64,000 nucleotides of DNA from Trichoplax sp. H2 (Eukaryota): NCBI GenBank assembly GCA_003344405.1, contig NOWV01000021.1, forward strand, positions 1 through 64,000. Direction: 5' to 3'. The first letter of the stretch is position 1. Every line of letters begins with the position of its first letter. The translations under genes and the position numbers were made by a program. Below the pieces are notes generated by a model, which did not search any database, had not been told where the DNA came from, and saw only the letters and a list, made by a program, of their open reading frames with translations. Below, in pieces: positions 15,170-27,613 of this stretch.

Positions 15170-16275
15170 TGCTGTACTGTACTGTACAGTGCAGTCGCCA
15201 GTTCAGTGTACTGTAGGTTGTACAGTACAGTACAGGGGATACTGTACAGTACAACTCCCTGGTCCAGTTCCAGTCTAGTACTGTACTGTACAGTACAGTA
15301 CTGTATGGAAAAAGTGGCGCCGTTGTGCATTGCGTACTGTACACTGTACAGTACTGAACATGGTTGTTACAGTACAGTACTGTACAGTACTGTAGTCAAG
15401 GAGCGACTCTTGTGTGTACTGTACTTTGTACTGTATCAAAAAAGCAGCGCATGACCCTACTGTACAGTGTACAGTACTGAACATGGTTGTTACAGTCAAC
15501 TGTACAATACAGTACATACTGTACTGTACCCCATGCACTATTCTGTGTACAGTACACTGTACTATACTGTACTGTACAGTACAGTACAGTACAGTACAGC
15601 AAGGCTTTGGAACTTTTCTTGTACTGTACGCGTACAGTACATACTGTCCACTGTCTACAGTACATACTGTACAGTACAGTACTCGATGCACTATTCTGTG
15701 TACAGTACTGTACTGTACTGTAGAGAACAGTACAGTACTGTATTACAGTATATTGTACTGTACTGTGTGTGCTGATTCATCGGATTGGAAAAGGATCATA
15801 CTGTACAGTACTGTACTGAATGAGCCACTTTCTACAGTAGACCCAGTACAGTACTTTGTACTGTGCAAAACTCGGTCTGACCCAGTGCACGTGTGGTACA
15901 GTATGTGGAGATCGCTGCACTCTGCTTATCAATTAATTCATCAATTAATTAATTAATTAATTAATTATACAGTACTGTATTAATGAGTAATAAGATCGAA
16001 AAAAAGCCTTCTCTCTCTAGTACTGTACTCGATCTTCATCATAAAAGCGAGTCATTTTCTTCTCTTTATTTGCAATCCCCTTGACAGTACTGTACTGTAC
16101 TGTACACTTGTACAGTACTGTATATCGTGAAACTTTTTCTTTTTATTTTTACCCACTGTACAGTACAGTACTGTAGACGTGTACTGTACATTGTACAGTA
16201 CTGTACTGTACAGTACAGAGTCAACAGAGAGTGGTACTGTAGAGGCGAGACGGTATACAGTACCACGTACTGTAG
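15170..16275. repeat. Palindromic (ACAGT)n/(ACTGT)n pentamer array in the ACBD3/DUF445 divergent intergenic region
   Basis: Dense alternating TACAG and CTGTA runs with many TACAGTACTGTA palindromes, interrupted by an (AATT)n run at ~15930-15968. Confidence 0.93.
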
Positions 16276-16404
16276 GTCGTGAGAGTAGAAACAGGCGTTC
16301 AATCGTAGGTCGAATGGCTCTTTCTTCTCCAATAACATGTAGCTGGAAACCATTGGAGAGAGAGAGGACGATCGAGTCGATGCGTAGTAAAAAGCATTAG
16401 CTTG

Positions 16405-17878
16405 ATGATGAAGATGGAAAATACCAGCAATGAAGTATCAGCCGATGATCAATCTTCTCTTCAAATCAAGATCGGAAACCGTTGGACGCGAATCATTAAT
16501 AAAAGCAGCGTCAGTTTAGCACTCAGTGCTGTTATTGGTGGTATTGGTGTTGTCATTCTTGTGGCCAGTCAACAAGACAAAACTGCCCTTGCTGTCAGCC
16601 ATTTTTTCTTATCTTGTGGTATTTTTGCCTTTGCTGGCGGATTCACCAATTGGTTGGCAATATTCATGCTCTTTAACAAAATACCATGGATATACGGAAG
16701 CGGGTAAGCACAGTAGACTATAGAGTACGGTACTGTATGGAGACTTTGGGTACTGATGCAGATCCTTCTGCAACCTTGATCGATACAGTAGTAGACAGCA
16801 GTAATTCAATATACAATTATCCAGAAAAATGGAGTTATAGTCCTGTAGAATCCAAAGTCGTAAAGCGTGATGCAGTTCAGTGCAATAGACTTCGCGTTCT
16901 ACTGTACTTTCTTCCTACTTTTTACATTTTATACCATCATACTGCTACTGTGCTACATCCATTCTCTCCACAGTACATACTACACTCTACTGTATGAACT
17001 AGGCTCCATACACCAAATTCGATCAAACTAAATCAATCACTTTGAGGAATAACATTATCGTAGTTTATGCAATGATGAAGAGCAAGCATGATGCACTAGA
17101 ACACCAACTGATTCGTTTCGGTGTAATTATCCTTTGATTTTAGAGTTATTCCTAAAAAGTACGTTGAAATTAGGATGACTGTCAAAGATGTCATTCTCAA
17201 AACTTTCTTTGAGGAAAGATTCGTGTCGCAGTACTTGTTGGATAAAGTCAATACTTTGCAAGATAATTTGGCCATGAAGGAGAAGATGAAGACTTTTCTC
17301 AACTCTAGTCAAGTCGATGAAATAATTCAAGAAAAACTAGAGGTCATGAAAACAGGTCAACCTTTAGGACAATCACTAACAAATATGGGATTTGATATCA
17401 AATCTTTGCAACCCCTGGTGAAGCCTTTTATAATTGGATTTGGCGAAGATCTAATAGACCATTTGAAACACAGTTTTTCTCAATCATGGAATGTAAGTTA
17501 TGACGTTAAAGTTTGACAATCTGAATATTGTAATTGTACTCGACTTATTCACTTGATTTATTTGTCTTACATGTTCTGCACGGTGTTGCATGAACCACTT
17601 CATTATTCTGTACACAGGATACACTTGCTAACTCCAATAATAAGATTACTTCTCTTTATCTTATTATATCTTAGGTGAATAAACTACAGTCTATTTTTCG
17701 GTCTGAGATTGATAACTATTTGGATATCAGGTCAAAACAATTAACTGCTGAAATCGTGACAAAGATATTGAAAGATGTCATTCATCAACACTTAGGATGG
17801 ATCGTCGTTTGGGGATGCGCATTTGGAGGAATTTTTGGTGTCTTTTTTCAGGCAGTCGGCTTAGGACCTTTATATTAA
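16405..17878 (+). CDS. DUF445-family membrane protein (bacterial-type); 3 exons, 283 aa
   Basis: Exons 16405-16703, 17144-17492, 17675-17878 with GT-AG boundaries and matching phases. Signature GIFAFAGGFTNWLAIFMLFNKIPWIYGSG/VIP and C-terminal HLGWIVVWGCAFGGIFG, as recalled from proteobacterial DUF445 proteins. Confidence 0.85.
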
Positions 17879-20162
17879 TTGATTGATTGGGTCATGTTCA
17901 ATTAATTTACATTATTTGTAGTATATCCTGAACAAGAAATGGACATTGCACGCAATAGTGCTACTGATCAGTACGTTTGTATACGGGTATTTTCAATTGA
18001 AATGGGATACGGCATGATGTGTGTGTTAAAGGATAACTTCTTTTATGGACAGTCCAATCAAGTATCTAGTGGTACAATATTATGTATATTGTAAGCACCT
18101 TACTAATTGATCAAATTGCCTTGATTGATAAAGTAGATTGCGCAGAATGATCTTACTGTAAATAAATAAATAATAATATATGTACCACTGTATTAAGTTG
18201 TGTTGTATATTTTTGGAGAACATGGATTACATGATGAAAATTGCATGTAGTGTATTTTAATATCTCTATATTTCAATTTTGTGATTGTACTAGATTGTAC
18301 GTGTATAATATCATGGTCTATTGAAAAGTTTATAGTCATCACTGTTTATAACCTAGCGCCGTTGAGGTCGTGAAAGCCCAGAGAATTGTTGGCTCACGAC
18401 TTTCCCAGTGTTGTCATGGACAGTTTCTAGAAATGCAAAAGATCCTTACATCGTGATAAAGTACGAAACGCCTACAGTACTGTAAAAATCAAGTGAGATA
18501 TTGATGTTAAGTAACCGATAGTACGGTGTTGATGAAAAAAAATATAAACGAAAGCTTGAAATAGCGGTATATTGAATTTTTAATTATTGGCATATCGTTC
18601 ATTGTTCAACATTCCAACGAATTAATAAATTATTTATCTTACATCAACAATTGTTATCATTCAGTAGCATTATGGATTTTCAGCTTTGTTTGACGACAAT
18701 TTTAAGTTGCTTGCCATTGGGGAATACTTCACTGAGAACTATTGATGTAGTTAAGCAGTGTAAGAAATTGGCAACAGCATGGATTATGAAGTGCACTCAA
18801 ATGGAATCGTCACGGTTGTAATGTAGTAAAGTGCTGTGTATGTAGGTAGATTGAATTAATACAACAACTATCCCTACTTGTACTCGCATGGTGAGGCTTT
18901 GTAAGCCATCCTCTTTCATTGCTGGACGTGTATGTTATAGCGGTATACTTTATCATGGAGCGATGCTGAATCAGATGCAATTAATAAAGCCAAATTGAAG
19001 TCTAGAACTGCCTTACTGTACAAATACAATTTGTGCTGGAAAAGTATGACAAACAGAACATTATGGATGCTGCTATTACTATGCCATACTCTGTACTTTA
19101 TAAATATGTTGTACTGGTGGAAGTATTTCGTATGAGTAGTGGCAGGCCTGTTTTCCATATCATTTTGGAACAACTACGACACCAAATACTAGTGCATAAT
19201 GAACCAGTGAAGGATTACTGGACGATCACGCGTGGACTTACTGGACTCAGTATGGACAGTTCTACTATCGTCAAACTCGATCACAGCTTTAAAAATAGTC
19301 AATATCTGTAATCCTTTGCTTTTAACTATCGCCATTTTTGTCCTCTATGGGATGAATGATCAGTTGATCACCTTTGTAACATCCTACTGTAGCTCGCTAC
19401 ACCTTGTTTCAAGTACGCTACATCTCAGAGTACAGAGAATTTTTTTCAAAGAAATGCTTTTCCTTGTAATAAAAGATACCCAGTGTGGATATTTTCAGTC
19501 TATCTACACGAAAAAATAAGTCCTTGAATCGTTTTCAAACAATTTCATGGACGGCATGACTGCCATTTCTTAGCCGACATGGCGGATCGTGTATACAGTA
19601 TGTTATATATATAAGATATAAGATATACAGTATATTGCACGCGACGTTCGTGTCGGTTGTGATCGCAGTGTTGTCATCCATTCCGTTAGATGACATTGCG
19701 CTTGCGTTGAAGTAAGAGGCGGAGCCTCAGGCCTTGTCAACCAATGACATCCACGGACGTTGAACAGGCTTTTTTTTTCTTCTAGTACTGCGTCAACTGC
19801 TGCAAGTGAAGTGGAGGACGCTGACTTGTCCTCCTTGTTCATAATAAGTTAGTTGAAGTGAGAGGGGGTTGAAGTCTGACTTGACTGACATTCAAAAGGA
19901 TGATTATATTGTTTCTGAGTCAGTGTACTAAATATACAATATACTAAAAGACTTGCAGTGAATCAAGTGGAAAAAACTATTCGAAGGAAAACTTGATTGC
20001 TTGGCGTGCGCTGGATGTTTTGTGGAAGATAGTTGGAGGAAATTGATTGCTGGACCTTAATTTTGACGCGTTATCCAAAGGTGGGGGTAAAAGGCGAGCG
20101 ATTGAAAGGAATATCGTAAAGATCGTGTTGCAGTAGTACAAACAGGAACGAAACAGTCAGCA

Positions 20163-23100
20163 ATGGTAAGACTTGAAAATATGTCTCTCAATGGATAGGC
20201 TCACATAATCATGGATGTTTGTGTGTCATTTCTTCCATTCATGGTATATCATGGATGTCATGGCTAGAGCATTTGTCGATACAGTAGAGTCTTGAACTTG
20301 AGTTATTTTTTACTCCTGATTGCAAATGTTGATTTTAGTCAAAGAAAAATAACTTAGTAGTTCAATTTGAAGTACTGTAGAGTTTTGTTGTAATGAGAAG
20401 AGGAGGAGAAATTTTTGACAGAGATTTTTTTACAGGGGGGAGACGCTGTTGGCTGCCTTCTGATGCAAAGTAGCCTTGCAGTAGTGATTGTTAAGAACGT
20501 AAAATGGAGCATAGATCAACAATATTATTATCATGTTACACTACTACTACAGTCTATCTCCATCGTTATAAAGTCTACTAGATGAAAATAACTGGTCTTG
20601 ATAGATCGTCCAGTTGTACATTTCATATGTCCATATCGTCATTCCAAGCTTACTGTACAGGTTACATTCACAATGGGATTTTTCTACATGGATCGAAGCC
20701 AATCAGATCATTCATTGATCCTTCTCGCTATGGGCTAGCCATACACTCTACTACTGTATTCTACAGTCGATGTGCTTGGAAGATAATATTACATCAACGG
20801 CATTTCTCACCAACGTATGGACTAGTTTCACTCGTTCAATCAATTTTTGAAAAGGGTGGCTGCTGATTTGACCATTATGGATAACTCGATTGAACAATTG
20901 AAACTCTAAATGGTGTTATTAAATGCTGCATCAATGACTTTGGAAAACCGCTAGTTGCACGCATTCAATATTTTTTTTTTCCTTGATCGATTTCACTTAT
21001 CATTTTATACACGATACATTACTTCAAATATTACCTCTCTGTAATCCACTTGTTTCCATCTTCTATGTCACTGCCATAAATAACCCACCAAGTTTAAACT
21101 AAATTAATTCTTTTCAATTCTAGACTTCAGAGGAGCCTGCATACTTGAATATTGGTACTGATGTTAGTGCTAAATATCGTGGTGCTTTCTGCGAAGCTAA
21201 AATTACCGACGTAAGAAAAATGGTTCGATGTAAGGTAAATTTTCCAACGAATCAACATCGTTTACAATATAGCAATATTGAATTTTAAATGATTTTATCC
21301 TTTCATTTATTTATTATATGCTATTAGTGCTAATCTACAGCGTAAACTTAAGTTGCCTTTTTATTACAAGACTGTATGTTTTTTTAGATTAAATTAAATT
21401 GGAAATGACTGAAATCGTATTTTTATGTTGTTTAGGTTAACATCGGAAGAAATACTAACCCTGTTACAGTACTAGACGACTGTATTGTCCGTGGCGAGTT
21501 GAAGGTATTCCTAATTCAAAACTTGTTTGAACTACTTCTCTGTAATGTCAACCTCGATTGTAGTAGTCCATGATGATTAGAGTTAGCATCCATGACGAAA
21601 CTATTGTAGATTTCGAACTCTTGCCTTTATCTACGCGTATAAAATTGACACCGTTTTGATGGCTTCAACATTCTACTGTAATTTAAGGGCATCTTATCAA
21701 GCTTGCTCATTGAAACTGATGAGCCATGTCTATGGTACAAATGAGCTTATAGGCTTTATCTATTATATTTTTTTGACCATCAATATGCTTATTATATGAC
21801 TACCAAATAGCAAAATAAAATCATTGCTAGTACCTAGAAATAATCAGTTCTATAAAATACCGCGGAGTTGTTGTGATATTGGAAAGTATATATCAATTCT
21901 TACAAATTTCAATTATTGTTCCTTTTAGGTTGGCAGCGAAATTGTTCTTCAAATGCCGGATGATACTCTCGCTAGTGGTAGTATCGCTAAGCTTACCGAT
22001 GCTAGCACATATACAGTTGGTAAGTTAATGTTTTTCTTGTCATTACACGATATAACTTAGCAATGTTACGTTTCAAGAAAATTTTCTATTTAAACTTTCT
22101 CCTCCCCTCGGATAAAAATATGTTTCTCTCTACCCTGATCCATCATCAACATATTTCATGACAATTAAGTTATTCCAAACACTAAGTAAATGCAAGCTTT
22201 GTGCTATCATGTCATCAAATAGATATACGGTAGAATAAATAAAGAATGCTATATTATATGTCATTAACATGAAGTTGCTGAACTTAACTTCAAGTGTTTC
22301 CATTCATTTCAAGTAATGTTTATTCATCACTTAGCATGCTATAGAACCGTACTCTACTATATTTGGTTAACTCGTTACAGTTTACAAATGCGCAGTACAA
22401 CCACAACGTAGTCATAATAAATCACACTGATATAGATACCATTAGAGATTGTACGATTAAAGTGTAATAAACTTATATATTGCGCCTTGAATTAGTTTTC
22501 GATGATGGTGATCAGAGATCCTTAAAGCGCACCGCACTTTGCTTAAAGGGCCAGAGACACTTCAATGAAAGCGAGGTTAGTACTTATTATTTAGATACAG
22601 TAGTCTACTTTAAGAGTTGCTTGATATCTTAAAAGAATAGACGCGTTCCGTTACTTCAATCATGGACTACCTGATGTATCTATATCTAGTAGTCCATGCT
22701 TCAATCAATAGGTCTAATGGTTGGGATAAATACCGCATGTGGTTGTGCAATGTATAATATTGTACTCTACGCATATTTGTACATGTATAATATCTTAGTC
22801 ACGTTGTTTGTTGGTCTGACTCGATTTTTGTACTTAACTATAAATATACTTATTTATAGACACTGGATCATTTACCTCTGACAAATCCGGAAAATTTTGG
22901 CAATCCAGTAGTAGCGGTAAGATTACTCCATTTTAATTCTGTAAGTTATAAAAAATATGTACAAGTTATCAATTAGCAAATAATTGTATAAATTAGGAGT
23001 CGAAGAAAGTTGCTAAGAAATCGCAGCGATCAAGGTAATAATAATAGAAATTTAAAAAATCAATTTATCATCACTTCATGAGACTAAATCTATTTTGCTT

Positions 23101-26100
23101 TAATGCACTACTACTGTATTACATGTAAGCCACGCTTATAACTGAAATGGTTGGTTTAAATACAGGAATGATGATACTGAATCAGAAAGTAGTGAAAGCA
23201 AGAAAATCGGAAGTAATGAGCGCGCTCGAATTGCGAAGGTAAAATTCATAAAAATCGTCGACGAATTACATGTTACTACGTAAATTCAAAGTAGGTTAAT
23301 GAGAAATCATTCTTTAGTAATTGTGCTTCTACTAGTGACATAATATCAGATCAGTTGCTATGTTCTTCGATTAAGTATCTACAGCATTCGTTTACATCGC
23401 TGCTTTTTGGCTTAATTGCGCTAAGTAGAATTTCGAAAAAGAAGCTGTTGTTAATTTATACTTTGAGCTTAAATAATGTAAATAAATTATGTTGTAATGG
23501 TAGATTGTCATGGTCAAGCAGAATGACAAAAAGAGAAGTTGCTTTCCAGGCTTGGTTCGTAAATTTTGCTGTTTATTGTAGGTGTTATATTAGCACTTAT
23601 TTTACTCGTTTCTATTACTAAAATTTATTAGCTGCAAAGGGATTCTGATCTAAACGATGACGTGGAAAAATGTTCTATTAGATCTTTCAAAGATGGAAAG
23701 ATGTACGTTATTTTTTAATATGTTGTATAAATATAAATAGCTTTACAAGTGTTATCGCCAGTGAAATTTAATCGATAATGAGCATGTTTATAAATAACAG
23801 AATTTCGGTAGCCAAGAAAGATTTGCAATCATTAGATTTAAATTATGAAGCCGCTATAAATCAACTAAAAAGTAACGGATCTGCTCATAAGCCAGGTATG
23901 TACTGTATTTGATTGAGGCATCATAATATATTAGTTAGTGTCTACACTATGATAATATGTCCGCAAAGCGATAAATAAAGTTGTATTAATCTATTTTCTC
24001 CATTTTATATTAAAATAATTAAAGCACTGGAAAAAGCGATTACGTATATAAATGATGGTGAACTACCTGAAGACTGGCAGGTATGGAAAGTGTTTAAGAA
24101 AATAGAGTTACTACTTTACTTTCTTCCAATGTAGCATCCCTATCGATATTCCTTAGTTACGTTTTTATTTTTCATTAGGTTACCAATAAAGATGGAGATG
24201 ATGTTGTAATGGACGAAGAAGCTGAAGAATTTATGGGTCGACTATACAAATTTATGGAAGATAAAGGTTAGGTTAATCAATTCAGGATAAATTATCTGAT
24301 TCAATGGACATATTTTCTAACCGTTATTTTTTTCCGAATTTATTAGGTACACCAATTACTAAGGCACCGGTCTTAGGTTATCAAACCTTAAATCTGTACA
24401 AGCTATATAAATTAGTTCAGAAAATGGGAGGAATGGAAAGGGTATTTAGTATATGAACTTGAAGATTTGAAATGTTATAGGTGCTGTCGTTTATTCATGA
24501 AAGTATTACTATTTTTCAGGTTTCACAACAAATGAAGTGGAGATCATTATATTCTCAACTTGGTATAGCAACCATGATTACCAGTGCATCTCACAATATC
24601 AAACTTGCATATCAGAAGTATGGAATTTGCGTTAATTTTCAAAATTTTGTAATACGAAAATTAAAAGCAGAAAATACGTTTCTATAGATATCTTTATCCT
24701 TATGAGTGCTATGAATATGACAAAACTGCCGATGATAAAAATTCCCATAATGAAGATAGTGCGGAGAGTGCTAAGAGCCTAGAAGTACCCACATCTTCTG
24801 GAGTAATGATTGAATAGTTTTTGTTATTTACACACTTAGTAAATTATAGATATTGTTGGCGGATAATTTAGAATTCAATAACAATAATATTATTAATAAT
24901 GCTTTGTAGACTCTTAGACGCGAACGGTACAGAAGACAGCGCAGACGGAAAGGTATTTTAATATACAGTACAATTATTGTATAGGTTGTCTTGTAAAAAC
25001 CGTAATGATACTTTGTGGTTTCGTATAGAAATCAGTGAAGGTGACGATAGCACTGATGATGGAGTTGCCTCTGGTTCCGATGTATACAAACCAAGTTAGT
25101 TGATATTACTAATATTTTTTTGCTACATTTGGCCTTGTCATACATTAGAAACTAACACTATCTTATTTATCTGCTAAACAGTAGAATACCCTGGGAAAGA
25201 CGCTACGTAAGTATAATTACAGATCATTAGTATATATTTTTAGCATTGCCAATTGTGATAAGAAGTTTTGTTTCTGAACTTCACTCTTAATCTTTAGGAA
25301 TGATAATTCAGACACTTATTCTGTTGGATCATTTGTATTGGTAAAGTATGGCAGGGGTAAAAAAAATTGCCAGTATGAAGCCAAGGTTAGATCCACTTAT
25401 TGTTACTTCATAAATTAATTCTTAGTTGTAGTAAAAATTTCTTTCCATCGACAGATTATTGAATGGGATGACAGTGATGAAAGTGGTACCACATCATATT
25501 TCGTTCATTATTCAGGCTGGAATAGCCGGTAAGTTAATTTAATTAATACGCGGAGTTACTTTACTATGTAATATGAGAAATCTCTAAAATGATTTTGTAC
25601 TCAACAGACACGATGAATGGATCAAACCAGATAGAATTATTCAAAAAATGAATCCACAAGGACTTTCAAGAGGCAATAAGGTAAGATCTTGCAATGTTAC
25701 TATATTCTATAGTACCGATTAGGTTGCATATACAGATTACATACATATATACATAAAATGCTTTCTATGAATTATAAATTACTTATAGAATCCAGCTAAA
25801 TCAGTATCGCTTCCTGTTCGACAAATGCCTTTAAGAGGCGGCAGTCAATTAACCACTAATCCTCGCCGAAATAGTAGAAATGGTAACCTTAAAACGGAGC
25901 GTACATCTCCATCTAACAATAGACAGCCATCAGGTAAACGGATTAATTGTGCTTATATTCGGTCAAGTAGCCCTATATCATCTCTTGTTGTATTACCAAT
26001 AGGGAGAAGAGGTAGAGCTAGCACACGGAACAGTCCACACTACGATAGTGAGGTGGAATCAGGTAATCCAGAATTGAAATATAGTTTCTGTAACTGAAGT

Positions 26101-27244
26101 TATATGCTAAAATTGTGATTTACAATTTTTATTTCGTGCACGCTAGCACCATCCGACAGCCCAACTTCACAGAATACTAATTCTCCTGCAGATGAAGAAG
26201 CATCACATCCTGACGAAAATACGAGTAGTATGGAAGTTGTTTCTTATCAAGACGATGAAATAAATACTGCTAGCAGTAATAACAGTCCTAAAGAGAAGGT
26301 TGAAGCTAATGTAGAAGAAGAATCTTCTGAAGAAAATAAGATGGAAGTGGAGAGTGAAGAAATAAAACAAGATATCCCCCCTAATGATGATGATGATGGC
26401 GAGCCAGCAGAGGAATCAAGCCACGAAGAAGCAGAACAAGTTGAAGTTAAAAAAGAACCTGAAGTCACAGAACAATCACCTGAAACATGTGTAACTACTC
26501 AGGTTGATCAGAAAATCGAAGATAGTGCTTCTCCGGAAGAAAATCCCACGATTGAAGATAAGCCTACTACTGAAGAAAAGAAGGAAGAAAGTGAAGAAAG
26601 TAAAACATCAAACGATGATGCTAATATCGATGAGAATTCTGATCCTGTAGAGCTAATTTTACCTCGTAAAAGAGGAAATAGGAGAAATGGCAATGCCAGG
26701 AAAAGATGTCGAAGTGATTCAACATCAGTATCGTCAAATGATCAAAGTAGCAAGTCTAATAATGATAGCAGTGCTAAGACTTCGACATCCTCTTCAACTG
26801 TTAGTGATGATAATGCAGAAAATGATCTCGCAGGCATTTTAAATGGTATGTTATGAGCGTATTTTATGAAAGAGTTGGATATAGCGTTGTTAAGAATTTT
26901 GTGTACATAATCTCCTAGATCTGGTAGTGTTAGGCGACTTACCTATCCGGAAAAGAATAGAAACTCTGCAAGTCAAACTAAATGAAATAAGACGTTTGTA
27001 TAACAGTCGACGAGCGGAAGTAATGTCAATTGATAGGAAATTAAAGAAATATAGGAAAAAAGCGAAAGAGAAAGGTAACATTGTTACTATAATTTATGTA
27101 GACATTCGTAAAACTAATGCATATACATAAGTGGCTTGGTACTAATGTATACCAATTTGTGTCATTAACTGTTTTGCTTTCAATTTCATTTTAGCCCATA
27201 GCAATGGTGAATCGGTTGAGATTGTTGTTTCAGCGGAAGCTTAG
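20163..27244 (+). CDS. ARID4: AT-rich interactive domain protein 4 (ARID4A/B, RBBP1 family); about 20 exons
   Basis: Exon at 21124 encodes [27 protein letters not shown] (N-terminal Tudor, near-identical to ARID4A). Also [27 protein letters not shown], the ARID domain ([33 protein letters not shown]), chromobarrel [16 protein letters not shown] and C-terminal [29 protein letters not shown]. Start inferred from ATG|GTAAG at 20163-20165; stop TAG at 27242-27244. Confidence 0.95.
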
Positions 27245-27613
27245 CTGTCTTTTCAATGTACAGTACATTATCTTCGTTTTTCGATTACATTTACTAGCAT
27301 AATAGATTTTAGTCTAGGATTGATGTCAGTCATGCTTTAGATCAAGATTGTAGAAAATATTGCAAGGGCTAATTGTTTTAAGTACATGATCGACATTTTT
27401 CGTAAAAGTAATAAATTATTCTTTTACATGAACTTTGTAATCACCAGTCCTGAACCACGTTATTGTACTATGACTTTTACTCGGGAATAAAGTATAATAA
27501 TCTCAATGACATGTAAATTTGTTGATTCTTTCTATAAAAATTTTGTCAATTTCAATTCCGAGATCAACAATAGGAAGTAAAAGTGTACAGATGATAGCAA
27601 TCAAGTAAAATCG

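Noticed and set aside
14970..16400. Many overlapping Tyr/Cys/Thr/Val-rich ORFs (YCTVQYSTV...), also at 30916-31328 and 40996-41676
   Set aside because: They are translations of the ACAGT/ACTGT pentamer repeat, which lacks stops in most frames; not credible proteins.
18916..19842. Short ORFs between DUF445 and ARID4
   Set aside because: No recognisable motifs and no consistent splice structure; probably non-coding.
26247..27081. Antisense Ser/Phe-rich ORFs over ARID4, and similar ones over KIAA0586 and the synaptotagmin
   Set aside because: Shadow frames of real coding exons on the opposite strand.
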